Below, one piece after another: positions 27,179 to 41,199 of a stretch of DNA of 64,000 nucleotides (position 1 is its first letter; every line of letters starts with the position of its first letter). A program made the position numbers and the translations under genes. Source of the DNA: Octopus vulgaris (lineage: Eukaryota); assembly GCA_951406725.2 (NCBI GenBank), contig OX597814.1:205902001-205966000 (forward strand). The letters are read 5' to 3'. The notes beneath the pieces are model-generated. The model was not told the DNA's origin, searched no databases, and was given only the letters and a program-made list of their open reading frames with translations.

Positions 27179-30100
27179 GTCAGTAGTTTTATTTTTATAG
27201 CGTGCTTTCTAGGAGAGTGCAGCTCTGTGTGCCTTGGGTATGTGCTGTGATTTGTTGTGATGCTCTGATGGTTATTGTATGGAAAGTGTTCTGCGTAGGA
27301 TGTGTGCAGTGCCTAGTAGTGCAATTTTCTGTATGTTATATGTGTTTGTAAGTCCTGGTGTTTTTGTTATGTATTTGTCTGAATATTTTTTATCATGCCT
27401 AATGCACCTACTATGATTTATTGTTTCTTGTCCATCTCCAGATATTCTGCAGTTACTTGTAATATTTCTTTTCATTACATGTTTTTGGTAATTTCTGGTG
27501 GGGAGGCTTTGGTCTTGTGCTGCAATTAAAAATTCCTCTGTTTCTGCTTTGAGTCCTGAGCTTCTCAACCATTGCTAGGATTTTTTCTTTGTCTATTTCT
27601 TTTGCGTTTAGTTTAGTGCAGTATTTACCATGAAGGGGCTTTTCTTGCCATCGTTTTATCATGGTTCGTTGCTGTTCTATTTTTAGTTTGGATTTCATTT
27701 GTTTTATAGTTTTTGTTGTTTCTTCATCTTCTTCTTCTTCTTCGTGTTTATTAGGTGGTATGAATTCTTGTTTGTATTTGTCAGCTTCCTTAAATACTGA
27801 GAACAGATTTTTGTTTTGCTCGTGTTTTGCCGCTATCTGGATCAGTTTTCCTTCCTTCTGAAGTAGATATTTTTGCAGTCCTATGCTGGTTATTTTATAG
27901 TAGTTTTCCAGCTGTATAAGGCCTCTACCACCTTCTATACGTTGTATATATAGTCTTTCTATGTCAGATTTTGGGTGATGCATCCTAGATCCTGTCATTA
28001 TTTTTCTTGTTTTCCTATCTATTTTGGTCAGTTCATTTCGTGTCCAGTTAAGGATATTGTAGCTGTAACTTATAACTGGGACAGCTAAAGTGTTGATACC
28101 TATTATCTTGTTTTTAGCATTAAGCTCTGTGTTTAGTATTGATCTAACTCGTCTATAATATTCTTTTTTCATTTTCTCTTTCATTTGTGTGTGTTGTGTC
28201 TTATCTAGTTCATGGATTCCTAAGTATTTGTAAGTTTGGCTTTGGTCTAATTCTTTTATTTCATTGGTTTTATCTAGTGTGATGTTGTTACTCTTAACTA
28301 GTTTTCCTCTTTTCATGGTTACTTTGGCGCATTTTTCTAATCCAAATTTCATATCTATTTCTTTGGTAAATCCATGAACTGTCTTTAATAGTGTTTCCAG
28401 CTGTTTGTCATTTGCAGCATATAGTTTTAGGTCATCCATATATAAAAGGTGGCTGATCGTTTTGCCGTAACATTTATATCCGCATCCAGTTCTATTTAGC
28501 ATATCAGATAGAGGTGACAGTGCCAAGCAGAAAAGGAGTGGAGAGAGCGTGTCTCCCTGGAATATTCCTCTTCTAATGGGGATGTCTTTGGTTTTCATGA
28601 GTCCCTCTTTTGTTTGGAGGTGTAGGACTGTTTGCCATTTATTCATAGAGTGCTCTATGAATTTTATGATTGTTGGTGCTACTTTGTTAATGGCTAGTGT
28701 TTCGAGGATCCATGTGTGGGGGATGCTATCAAACGCCTTTTTGTAGTCAATCCAGGCCATACTGAGGCCTTTCTTCTTTCTGTGGCTGTCTTCAGTTATG
28801 GCTTTATTAATCATTAGTTGATCTTTACAGCCATATGAGCCTTTGCGGCATCCTTTCTGCTCTTCTGGGAACAGTTTGTTTTCGTCCAGGTGCTTGTTCA
28901 GCCTTTGTGATATCACTGCAGTAAATGCCTTGAACATAGTAGGGAGGCAGGTTATTGGTCTGTAGTTTTCTGGTTTTTCTGTTTCATTTGATTTGGGAAT
29001 TAAGATGGTTTTCCCCTTCGTGAGCCATTCAGGCATTGTCTCTGGCTCTGCTAGTATGCTGTTAAAGTTTTCAGCCAGCTTTTTGTGCATTCCTGTTAGA
29101 TATTTCAACCAGAAGTTGGGGATCTTGTCATGCCCAGGTGCCTTCCAGTTGCTTAGTCTTTGCAGTGCCTGGGTGACCTCTTCAGTTGTTATAGGGGTCC
29201 AAAGTTGTTCAGATGCCGAGTTTGTTATTCTGATACTCCTTTTTTTTGGTGGTTCGTTCGCCGACCATATTTCTCCCCAGAATTCTTCCAATTCTTCTGC
29301 CGTTGGTGCTGCAGTGACTTCTATTTTATTTTTGCCCAGTTCTTGGTAGAACTTTTGGGGGTCGGAGTTGAACTTTTTGTTCTGTTCAAAGAAGCGTTGG
29401 CGTTTCTTGTACCGGCGGATCCTTTGTGCTTTGGCAAGGATATCTTGCTTCAGCTTTTCTTTTATTTCAGGCAAATCTTTCTCTGTGATGTTATATTTGC
29501 GGAGTATTTTTGTTCTCTTTTTGTTGCTCAGTAGCGTTGATTTTTTGCTGACTTCATTAAGAATCGACAGGTCTTTTCTAATTTTTTTTATTTTGCTTTG
29601 GATGTTATTTATCCACAGGGTTTGTTTGGGTGGTGGTACTCCTGTCTGGGCGGGTTTGGGTGAGTATCCAGCTTCTTTTGTGGCTGCAGTGGCTGCTGCG
29701 TATATTAGGTTATTTAGCTCAGTGATATCACTTTTTTTGATTCAGTGGCTATCAGTTCAGTGACGGCTAGGTTTATGCTGTTTATAATAGGTGTTGTTAT
29801 TTCGTTTATTTTGATTCTTGGGAGGTATGGTCGGTGGTCCATTTTGAGCTCTGTGGTTTTCAGTTCTTTGATTATTTTATTTTTTATATTATCATAATCA
29901 TTAGGCTCCCCTTCGTTGTTTACATCGTGTTTGTTGGGAATGTTGCGTTTGTCTTCGTATTTTACAGTTTCAGTGTTTATATTATTGGGCATTGTTGTGT
30001 GGCTTCTATCTACATTTTCCTGGTGTATGTTTTCTTTTAGGTGTTCTATTTCTATTTCTGATATTTTTTTTGTTTTGAGAATGTATCTTCGTACGTTAGC

Positions 30101-30790
30101 TAATTTATTAGGGTTCATTGCTGTATCCAAGTCTATATCTCTATTATTTTCCTTCCATATTTTATATGTATGTGTTGTTGTATTTTCATTTTTTGGGTAG
30201 AGTACTGCTGTGAAGTATGCGTGTAAGATAGAAATGTATTCCTCACGTGTCCATTTACGTCTTTTGGGTTTTATTTGCGGGACATGAGGTACAACGTCCG
30301 GCCCATTATTTTGACGGTCGTCATTTTCGTAGGGTACCGGTCTGTTTATTTCTGTTGTCACATTATTTCGAACGTGTAGTTTTTCGTACATTTTTTGTTG
30401 TAGGTTTAATGTACGTACCGCTCGATTGTTATTCTTGGGTTGAATAGTATCGGTGGCATTTAATTTCTTCGTAGTTCCTTTGTACATGGTGTTTGGAGTC
30501 GGGGATGATCGTGATGTTCCACGCATGTTTACATGTGTTGCGTTAGAGGTGGAGATGATATCGAGTCAAAATACATCATTTCGTTTCGAAAATAGTAATA
30601 AATTTCAATTAGTATTACTTACTCGGATACAGTCCAATTCTTTGTTAGTAAAACTTTGGCTCCATAGGATGTCTTTGTTTTCGATGTTTGTGGATAGGTT
30701 TCGGAGCTCTGAATTTTCCTTCTTACATCTTAAAAGTCCCCCGGTGTTCTCTTCAGTCCCCCGGTGTTCTCTTCAGTCCCCCGTGTCTCT
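27178..30790 (-). mobile_element. Near full-length R4/Dong-like LINE (second family), frameshifted, endonuclease partly deleted
   Basis: ORFs 29714..30526 (KWTREEY), 27453..29474 (RPITCL, KAFDS, QGDTLSP, YMDD) and 27272..27568. (TTA)n on both sides. A 20-bp tandem repeat lies in the 5'UTR at 30735-30785. Confidence 0.9.
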
Positions 30791-30801
30791 TATTATTGTT
30801 C

Positions 30802-31350
<549 letters not shown>

Positions 31351-31412
31351 TATACACTGTAGTTAATAATCCATAAAACACTCTGAAGTACCTTTGATTT
31401 TATTAAAGAATA

Positions 31413-33603
31413 TCAAATAACTGGATTAACCTCTCCGGCATATACATTAATTGTTTCGATAATTTTATCTAACATGGTTATTGTTAACCTACGATTTGTA
31501 TTTATTATAGACAACAATTTAGGTATCATAGACGTCATCAATATCAAAGTAATCTTTGTGAACCCTGATAAGTTCAAGTCTTCTCGACTTATTATATTGT
31601 TGCAAGCAAAGAAAAAAGATACGATTAGAAACAGTTTTATAATGGATTTACCAATCTCGTATCTCAATGGAAAATGATGGTTAACAATTGTCTTGAATAG
31701 CTTGGCATTTATGAATTCCTCTCCATGGCTTGACTGAATCAAACTTGGACAAACAGCTTTGGTGAGTTTTATAGACTGAACTATTATTGAGTTATACTGC
31801 TTTATGATGGCGTTCACAATTGCAACGGTATACACGAAAAACATGGCAACAAACCATACGTCACTGACATTATTAGGTTTAGCAAGAATTGTAGCAGCTA
31901 TCGTAAATATGAAATTGAATAAGATGTGAAAACTTGTAAGAAATATATAGATTGTAACGAGAGTCCATAAAAAATACAATGGAAGCAATAGACAAGTAAA
32001 AAATACAGCAGCAATCTTGAAGATACGAGAATTATTCGTACAGAGTGAGAAGATATACACTTTAGAATAGCTGAAAGGTAAAGTTAAAATCAGATACATA
32101 ATTGGGATTCCATAATAAACGAGGCACAGAAATAATTCACAGACAGAAAATACAGCAAATAAAATTGTAATGGAAACAAAGAGCCAAAGTGTAATGAATT
32201 GCCAGAAAATATTTTTCTCGTAGTAATATAACCAAATTTTCTTTATACGGTTAATCCAAGTATAAATTATTAGATACCAGAAATTTGGGTTTAGAGCTAG
32301 AGAAATATTAGCTTTCATTACTGCATAGAGTAGATCATAATCCTGTTGTGTAGAAACATTTAAATTGCCATACTTCTCTAATAATTTCTTATTTTGAATG
32401 AGAAACGTGAAAGTGGATCCTTGATGTAATGTATTATAAGCGACAGTCTTGCTTGCTCGACTGGGAAGAACGAAGAGGATAAAATAGAAACATACGTAAC
32501 AGATTAACCACACAAACGGACCACCAAACCAGCCATCTGTATTCTCATAACTTTCTGGGATTCCTAATATTAAGGCGCGATGTCCCAATGGTATACCATC
32601 CTGGTAAAGAATTTCTATTGTTTCATATAAAAGAAGTAATGCATCAAAAGATCCAGGAAAATTACTGAAAGAGAAGATAGAATAAAAAAGAATCTTCTTA
32701 ATTTTGAGGCCAAGAAAGTGGAATGATGAAAGCAAAATAACCAAGACAGAAAATGAGGGAAATTGTGAGTATTATGGTTTTCGTTGATCCATTCTAATTT
32801 GTATGGCAATGTGTTTTGATGGGGAAATGAAGGTGATTTCGTAGTGAAAGAACACTAATAATTAAGGGAAAATATGCCCATACAACAGTTCCGACGATAT
32901 TTGCATAATTGAGAAACATACTATTTTCCATGATATTTCCAGAACAAATTGATTTTGGGTGATAAACATAGCTTTCATTTTTATAGAGTTTACAGCAATA
33001 GTTCTTCACCAACTCTCTATTTAAACCGATTCTTCTGTTAGCTTTTAATGACTCAGGGCTGTTCTTCTTCATGTCCTCAGATAAATTTATTAGAAAACAC
33101 ATGTAACCAGATTCGCCTATTTTTAATGTATCGATCACTGCGATTTTCTTCAATTCCTGGAAAATCAAATGTATTAAATCATGTCTCTGAATATTTTGTT
33201 TCCCACAATTTATATCGATATCAACCCTCGGAGTAGCAATGTAAGCTCCTAATAAATTCAAAGAGTGCATTGAAAAATCATAATAGAAATCCTTATATGC
33301 CATCAAACCATCTGGTTCGTCTGGAATCCAGGTAAATTGTCTCGCGTTTGCGAAATAATCCAGTCGTACGGGTTTCAGAAGGTCATCAAGTTTTTTATCG
33401 GATAAATGGACATCAAAATTGAAAACTTTTTTGTCTGATCTTACTAAACGAGATAACATCTTATGGACATTGGGAGAAATCTTAATTTCACAGTTATTTC
33501 CAAGTTCCTTCGCTTCTATGTTTAGTGATATTAGAACGACAATAAAAGTAATCACAAAGAAAAGTGAACTGCTTGTTGTTATCGTCATCTGCATGGCAGC
33601 CAT
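31413..33603 (-). pseudogene. Paralogue B of the multi-TM protein; two 1-bp deletions (recent pseudogene or sequencing error)
   Basis: ORFs 32794..33630, 32615..32809 and 31413..32744 tile the copy C protein. Deletions at 32842 (TT->T) and 32629-32632 (A5->A4). ATG at 33603, acceptor AG at 33614-33615, AATAAA at 31399-31404. Confidence 0.85.
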
Positions 33604-34479
33604 ATTTCGTTTTCTGTAAGAGAAAAACAAGATAGATAAAAGTCATAAAATATTGAAGATTCATTTTAGTTTCGTTATTTTGTAAATATTTGAAATAAAG
33701 AGTATTTACTTTAAAATGAATGTAAATCTATTTTATTATTTATTTACTAGAAAGACAAATGTTGTGGCCAGCGGAGCAGAGGTCATATTGTATTTTGCTT
33801 TGCAAGTTCCTATTTTAGTTGTAATATTTCCTAATTTGAACTCGAATGAATTTTTGTGAATTTCCTGGCTGCAAGAAATAAGAGATTTTTTATGACTCGA
33901 ATTTAGGAATGTAAATTATTGTATCAAAATGTGTATAACTTGAGATGAATCTTACCCTGATCATATCTGAACTGAGACCGCACATGCAGGAATCTAGATA
34001 ATGTGTGTAATTTAAAAGAAAGTTGTTTCTTATTGAGTAGAAGAAGGCAGGCGGATGAACTCATAAATGCTACAAAGTTTTTATAAGCTCCATTAAAATT
34101 ATTCGGAGATGTGTATAGTCTTTGATTCCATATCGTCGTCATTCAATGTAAATGCATTCTAAACTATGCCACGTGTATTGAAGATTCCATGAATAAACCC
34201 TTGAATATTTCCAGCACAGATTTTGCATACCCAATTTTCCTTACAAGCCATGGGTCGACCTTAAGTTATGGTAGAATGATCAAGGACTCATGAACTATAA
34301 TCGAATTTAAAGCAACATTATTGAAAATGGAATTCTTAACCAGACAGCTATATCTGACGGTGATTCTGAAATTTTATTTTCGTTTCTTTATTTGGATCGG
34401 ATTCCTCAGTCACCAAATTTATCAAATTTTTATAAACTAGAAAGAAGAGGAAACGTTGCGTATCCATTTCCGTAAGTAT

Positions 34480-35130
34480 AAACTCTAAGTAGAAAGGGAA
34501 TTTCTGGACACCTGGAAAAAATTGGAAAAGTCAAGAAAACAGATAGGTTTGTTCTACATCAACTGAACGAGATTTGAAAACAAAAAAAAACAAAAAAAAC
34601 AGAAGCCTTTAAATGTGCTTCTTATTGCTTTCCCGACTAGAAAAAGACCATTTTTGGATCAAATCCTTACTTGTGATGACAAATGGAAACTCATTGACAA
34701 CAGCAGAACAGGACAGTGATTAAATGCAGGAGAGTCACCTAAACGCACCATTGCACCCTAAAAAGTTGGTTGTCATTGTATGGTCGTCCGCGAAGGGAGT
34801 TATTCATTATTCATATTTGCAACAAGGGAAAACGGTAACAACATCGTATTGCTAGGAAATTGATTGTATGCGTGAGAATTTGAAAAAGAAGCAACCCAGA
34901 ATAGTGAAGAGAGATGGCCCAATTTTGCTCCACGACATTGCACGTGCTCACTCTCCACAAGCTACGGTCCAAATGTTGCAAATCCTGAATTATGAGATTT
35001 TGCAGCATTCTCTGATATCTCTCCAACTAATCATCACTTATTTAAGCATATTGCCTATTTCATAAACAATAAAACATTCGTAAAGAGAGAAGAGGTGATT
35101 GAAGCATTCGGACAGTTTAACACAGCAAAA
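34480..35130 (+). mobile_element. mariner transposase relic
   Basis: PFLDQILTCDDKW..DN, WSSAKGVIHY, PILLHDIARAH and a decayed SPDL-like motif (mariner DD34D domain). Confidence 0.8.
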
Positions 35131-35199
35131 GATGAAACTCATACTGCCGAAGAGAAGAAGAGGGCAGAGCAAGGAACAAGAAAACCCACAAAGAAACAA

Positions 35200-36872
35200 A
35201 TTCTGCGGTCAGGAAGGATATAATCGAAACCTTTTCTGTAGATGAATGGAAACAGTTCTTGGAGTTCTAATATATTCCAGTTATCTTAGGTTACCCCTCA
35301 CAAGAAACCACTGGTCAAGTGACGAAGATCTGGGTGTACCATTAATCAATACTGCTATTACAAGAAATCCACTCCAGCATCTTTAAAGCACCGTTCACTT
35401 CAATATAACGAAAATTGGGAGGAGAATGAAGATGATAAATATTATGCAGTTCGTTCTCACTTTAATATGGTTCAGAATTCCTTCAAGAGATTCGAAATTT
35501 GTGAAAAGAGTCTGTCAGTCGATTAAATGATGGTCAAATACTATGGGCATAATTCACTCAAACAATTTATAAAAGGGAAACCCATAAGATTTCGTTACAA
35601 ATCTGTGGGCATTGTGCGGTGTTCCAGAATTTTGTTACAACTTTGATCTGTATTGTGGCAAGAGAATTCAAAAAGGATCCGAAGACGATCTTCCACTTGG
35701 AAGGAGAGTTTCTTGGAGTGGTAGATGATCCTCGGTCACATTCCGTATATTTTGATAATATATTCACAAAGTATGATCTGTTAGTGCACCTCGGGCAAAT
35801 ATGATTTGAAACAACCGCTACGAGAGATAATTGTCTCAAGAGATGTCCGCTAAAGGAAAGAGCATTGATGAGAAAGGAGCCAAGATGTTCATATGATTAT
35901 AGATTTGAAATCAATAATGAAATCCTTGTAGTTAGTTGGCTTGACACTAAATGTTTGAGAATTGGGACTAATCCTAATTCAGTCGAACCCATTTGCAATG
36001 TACAACGCTAGAGTAAAGGAAGTAAAAGCAAAGGCAATGTGACCCGACCCCATGTTTGCGGCTCATATAACAATTGCATGGGTGGAGTTGACAAGCCCGA
36101 CTGGTTGGTGTCAAAATGTGCAACCTCAATTAGACGCATAAAGTGGTGCAGACCATTGTTGGCTAGAGTCATTGATAGGACTGTTGTCAATGCGTGGACT
36201 ATTTACAAACTGATCAACGAGGGAAAGGAGGAAACATAAATATTTACTCGATTTCAGGAGATATCTATGCGTTTCATATCTAAAGCTCTCCACTGCTAAG
36301 CAATCTGAACAATAAACATAGACGATCACACCATCCACACCAATTGCTGACGTTCAATTTGATTTGAAAGGCCATATAATAGCTAAACGAGATCAGCAAC
36401 GACGTTGTCAAAATAAGTCGTACAACAGGAAACCACTAAATTATCGTGAAAAGTGCAACGTCACCCTGAGTCTACACTGTTTTGGCCCATTTCCTCAAGG
36501 CATAGTCTTATAAATAGATTTCTTTCAATCTTTTGTTTTGTATGATTTGTATTTCAATCTTTAATTGTATCGTATTTATTGTATTTCAGTCTATTATATC
36601 GCTGTGTTCTTTCAAAAACTTTAGCCATTTTACATACAAACTTTAATACCAATAGAATATATTAACAGATAACATATGAGGGATTTTGAATTTATGAAAG
36701 TATTACATTGAGCCAGGGTCCTCTTTATGGAAAACCCGTGTATTTCCATTTCTACTTGAAGTAAAGCAGTTTTTATAATTGATTTTTATTATCTTACTCT
36801 TTTTTTCAATCATCTTTGAAAATTTAAAAGTAATATTCAAACATCTCAGTACTCTGGGACTTAATGGGTTAA
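35200..36872 (+). mobile_element. piggyBac relic, duplicate of 3245-4675, retaining the Cys-rich C-terminus
   Basis: SLSVD*MMVKYYGHNSLKQFIKGKPIRFRYK, YNNCMGGVD, QQRRCQ..KCNV; ggg|ttaa at 36866-36872. Confidence 0.82.
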
Positions 36873-37332
36873 ATTATCAAAAACAGAAGAGAGAGAAACA
36901 TATATAAAGATGGAAACGTGGTTGAGGGATTTTTAGTTAAGGCGGTATTTATTTTCTTCGTTTCAGAAGGAAAGATATCGTTAGGACGAATGACCAAGTT
37001 GTGGAGAGTTGGGATGTTGCTTTTCCTTGTGTGATTTTGAAGACAGACAAGGAAATCCAGTTGTGAAGTGAACAGGTCATCTCTAAGCTAGGCCATTCTT
37101 TCAATGTTCTCTGCATGTGATTTCCTCAGGACTATATGTGGCAGTTTATAGCGTTGTCTGTTCTCTGGCGCTCTGTCTTGGGTGCTTGAGATGTGGTGCA
37201 TTTATAGCCACGTACATACAAAGAAAATCACCCTGTTGATGTTCTTGAAATTCCATTGAATAGCCTTGAATCTAGGTTACAAACCGGTTCTTTCTCCATT
37301 GGCAAAAAATCTTGAAATAAAACTGAACAATG

Positions 37333-37553
37333 ACATACATAAACACAAACATATATGCATACATACATACATACATACATACATACATACATACATACAA
37401 ACATACATACATACATACATACATACATACATACATGCATACATACATACATACATACATACATGCATACATGCATACATACATACATACATACATACAT
37501 ACATACATACATACATACATACATACATACATACATACATACATACATACATA
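37333..37553. repeat. (TACA)n microsatellite
   Basis: Direct reading. Confidence 0.95.
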
Positions 37554-37559
37554 CGGACA

Positions 37560-39429
37560 GGCTGGCTCGAAGTGACGCGTCGCGTATTTAGTATGGAAGA
37601 CTATTTATGGAAGATACAATGAATACTATCTCCATCTTTGAAGCCCTGTTAAATAACTGGTTAATCTCCAGATGAATTAACTGAAGGAGCCTTTTATTAA
37701 AGATTGTATTGATTTTCGACTGAAACTTGAATTTAGCATGCAGTGATTTACTACAAACAACATGGCTGGACACAACATCAACAACAACACAACCAAGGAA
37801 CAGAACAAAAACAACAGCTCAACAGATAAACAGATTCTTTCTAGCTGTAGTTAGAGAAGAAACCGTAACCACAAAACTCATTTTTTTACTTGGATTTATG
37901 AATTGAGAACAGATTTATCAATTGTTATAGAAGAGCTAAACAAAACCCCGTTGTTGGATGTTTGATCAGATTGGAACCATACATGGACGATCTGCATCCA
38001 CAACTAAATTATTTCACAGCGAAACAATAACGCTAACAAGTAACGTTTGTGGGACATATTAATTGTTATAAAAAATTGAAAATAGGACACTCAATTACGA
38101 ACTGATCTCTTTCAAAGAGGCGTTAAAAGCTGTGAGTGGGAAACCCCGAAATCAGAAGAGAATAAACAAAACAAATTCAGTAAACAAAACATTTAATGAG
38201 AACCAGGCAGAAGTATACAGAGATTTTGAGAAGAGGTGCAGTGAACATAACAGAAATTTTTTCACGAGAAGACATAGACTTCTTCTGGATGAAAAGGTAT
38301 TAAACCACAAAAATAACAATAACAAACAGAAAAGGAAAGGGAACAGCATTTAAAAGGTTTCCAACCCCAGAGAAAAAAGAAAACCAGATTGATTCATGGA
38401 TTATCCTCAGACAGACACCTCGTCTCACAGTAAACTCCTCCAAAGAAAACAAAATACTAAAAATAACAGCCAAATATCTCTCAAATCTTTCCTTCAATTC
38501 TTAGAAAGGAAATACATTGGTGGACAATGCATATGAATAGAGAGGGTGGTGGTCAAGGTTAGAATATCTTGTATCATAGATCTACTCTCGCAACACTGGC
38601 ATGTTGCTAAACCAAGAAAATGATAATTCTCTTACCTTTTGCGAGTCTCTCAATTTCAATGATATACGTACAACAAATACTGGGAAACAAAAAGTAAGCC
38701 AATTTCTTAAAAGCATCAATAATATTTCTCAACCAACAAAACAACTTTCCTCTGTGCTTTCCTGATCAAAACAGAACCCAAGTGGTGGTAGACAGACTGT
38801 ATTATCAGAACTATGCTTGAACCGGAGTAAACTATTTCCTGTGCCTGTGAAATATATAAATAAATGTAAATCTATATCTGTAAATAATACATTAACATCA
38901 TTCATGCGGACAACCCAATTATATACATGCATGCACAGTAACCTGAGAAGCTTTAGTCACCCCTGCACATTTAAATAGGCTTATTACTTTTAGTAAATTG
39001 GATTTTCCAAAATGTTATTTTTAACACTAGAAATCTCAAACAATCTTGTCTGTGTAAGCATTTCTCTTGACAGTCATGTCCAAATTCATCTTCAGATGCC
39101 AAATAAAAATGACAAAGAAGAAGCACGAGAAACGAGCTCAGATTGAAATTTGGTAAAAGAATGGAGAAATGTGTGAGTAAGACAGCAGCTGATTGGTCTG
39201 TAACTCCATCAACTGTTTCAAGAATTCAGAAAAGAATTGAAGAAGGTTCATAAAGAAGGCTTCTTATGAAAGACCAGCTTAATCTGAAGCTAAAGAGAAT
39301 CAACAATCTTATTAAGATCTCCCATGTATCTGATGCAACTAAATCCATTCACTAACAGCTTATCTCCTTCTAATTATTATCACTACCGACTGATAAGTTC
39401 GCAAAATATGCCACACAGTGAAGAATCTT
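37560..39429 (+). repeat. Segmental duplicate of 11190-13342
   Basis: Collinear high similarity across several unrelated repeat junctions, with internal deletions. Confidence 0.85.
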
Positions 39430-39505
39430 CTTTTATATATGTCTGTATGGGTGTGTGTGTGTGTGTGTCCATATTGTTTAAAACTCGCCAAGAAAAATTT
39501 TGAAA

Positions 39506-39568
39506 CCACCTGATGAATGACTGCGACTCAAAAATTTGTAGACAGCAGGCAGGAAACGATCGTAGTGG
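39506..39568 (+). ncRNA. Type I hammerhead ribozyme motif (weak stem II)
   Basis: ccac-CTGATGA-atgactgc..gcaggcag-GAAA-cgatcg-TA-gtgg. Stem I is ccac/gtgg, stem III is palindromic, the triplet is GUA, and the first stem II pair is mismatched. Confidence 0.55.
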
Positions 39569-41110
39569 ATATTAATTATATTTTTTAATATATATATATA
39601 TTAGAAAAACCACCTTTTATCAATTCAATATTGAAAAATCAAATTATACCATTTAGAAAATTACATATAGAAATATTAAATATAAGATAAAATATATAAC
39701 AATGATTAAGTAATGTGCAAAATAGTAAATAAAACGTATATATTTGGCAGAATAGTTAAATAATATTGTTAAATAAAAAACGTTACTTAGCTTATCGATG
39801 AAAATAATATAACTGAATTTTAAACGTAAAAATGTAGGTCTTAGCGTTTATAAGAAATTAAACTCTTGAAGAAGTTATGTAAAAAAATAGAAAAAAATTA
39901 TCAATGAAAATGATGAACAATATTTATTAATGAAAAAGAAGAAAAAAATTTTCAGCTTCATGAATTAAAGAAAAATAGAATAACAAAGGAACTATAAATG
40001 ACTATTTTCTATAAATTAAGTTCCAAATAATTATTACGTAAAATATACGTGTAATATTAATTTAATTTATATTACTTTAACTAATAGATCTTAATAAAAT
40101 TAGGAAATATCTAAGTTTAAAATTACTCAAATATATTAATATAACATAATAATATATTAAATTATACACTAATACTACTAAATTATATCTACAAGAAATA
40201 AATAACATAAAAAGAAATAAGGTTTTATACATACGGCAAAATAAGCTAAACATATCATATAGGTAAATAAATTTATGTTAGAATTTAATTTTAAATGACT
40301 ATTTACAATAAATTTAAAGTCCAAATGAATAAGTAAAAAATATATATATATTATATTTAAATTAATTTATATTACTATAATTAATATCTTAATAAATTTA
40401 TATGATCACTTATTTATTAGCTAAACCTATTATATAGATAATTTAATATATGTTTACATTTAACTTTACGTTCCTCTAATGAGATTATCAACAGATAATT
40501 GTTGTTAAATAATATTTCTTTGAATTCATTATTACACAAAGAACAATAATTACTCCCTCCAGAATATGATTTAGCCCTACAAATTATCTCCCAAGTTATT
40601 TTATATTTAATAGATCTAGATTTAAGGTCCCAAATATATTCACTGAGACCTGTGGAATTTATTACATTTTTATTCCTAAAAGAATACATATGTTGAGCTA
40701 CTCTTGATTTAATTTTATTCGAAGTGTTTAAATTATGATAGTTCAAATTCTTATAATCCATTTACCATATACTTATAGACTACATTATCTAAATTACAAT
40801 TATTATTAAAATTACATGTAGTCTTATCCCTACATGTACAATAAAATATATCTAGGTCTTTATTATAATTATTGGTATCAATATTTAATCTATCATTGTA
40901 GAATTTAGTGTTCGTCTTTATCATTAATAAATATTTTTCGTCATTTTCTTTGATAATTTTATTTTATTTTTTACACAACGTCTTCATGAGTTTAATTACT
41001 TATAAACGCTAAGACCTATGTTTTTACGTTTAAAATTCAGTTATATTATTTTCATCGACAAGCTAAGTAACGTTTTTTATTTAACAATATTATATAACTT
41101 TTGAATTGTA

Positions 41111-41196
<86 letters not shown>

Positions 41197-41199
41197 ATT

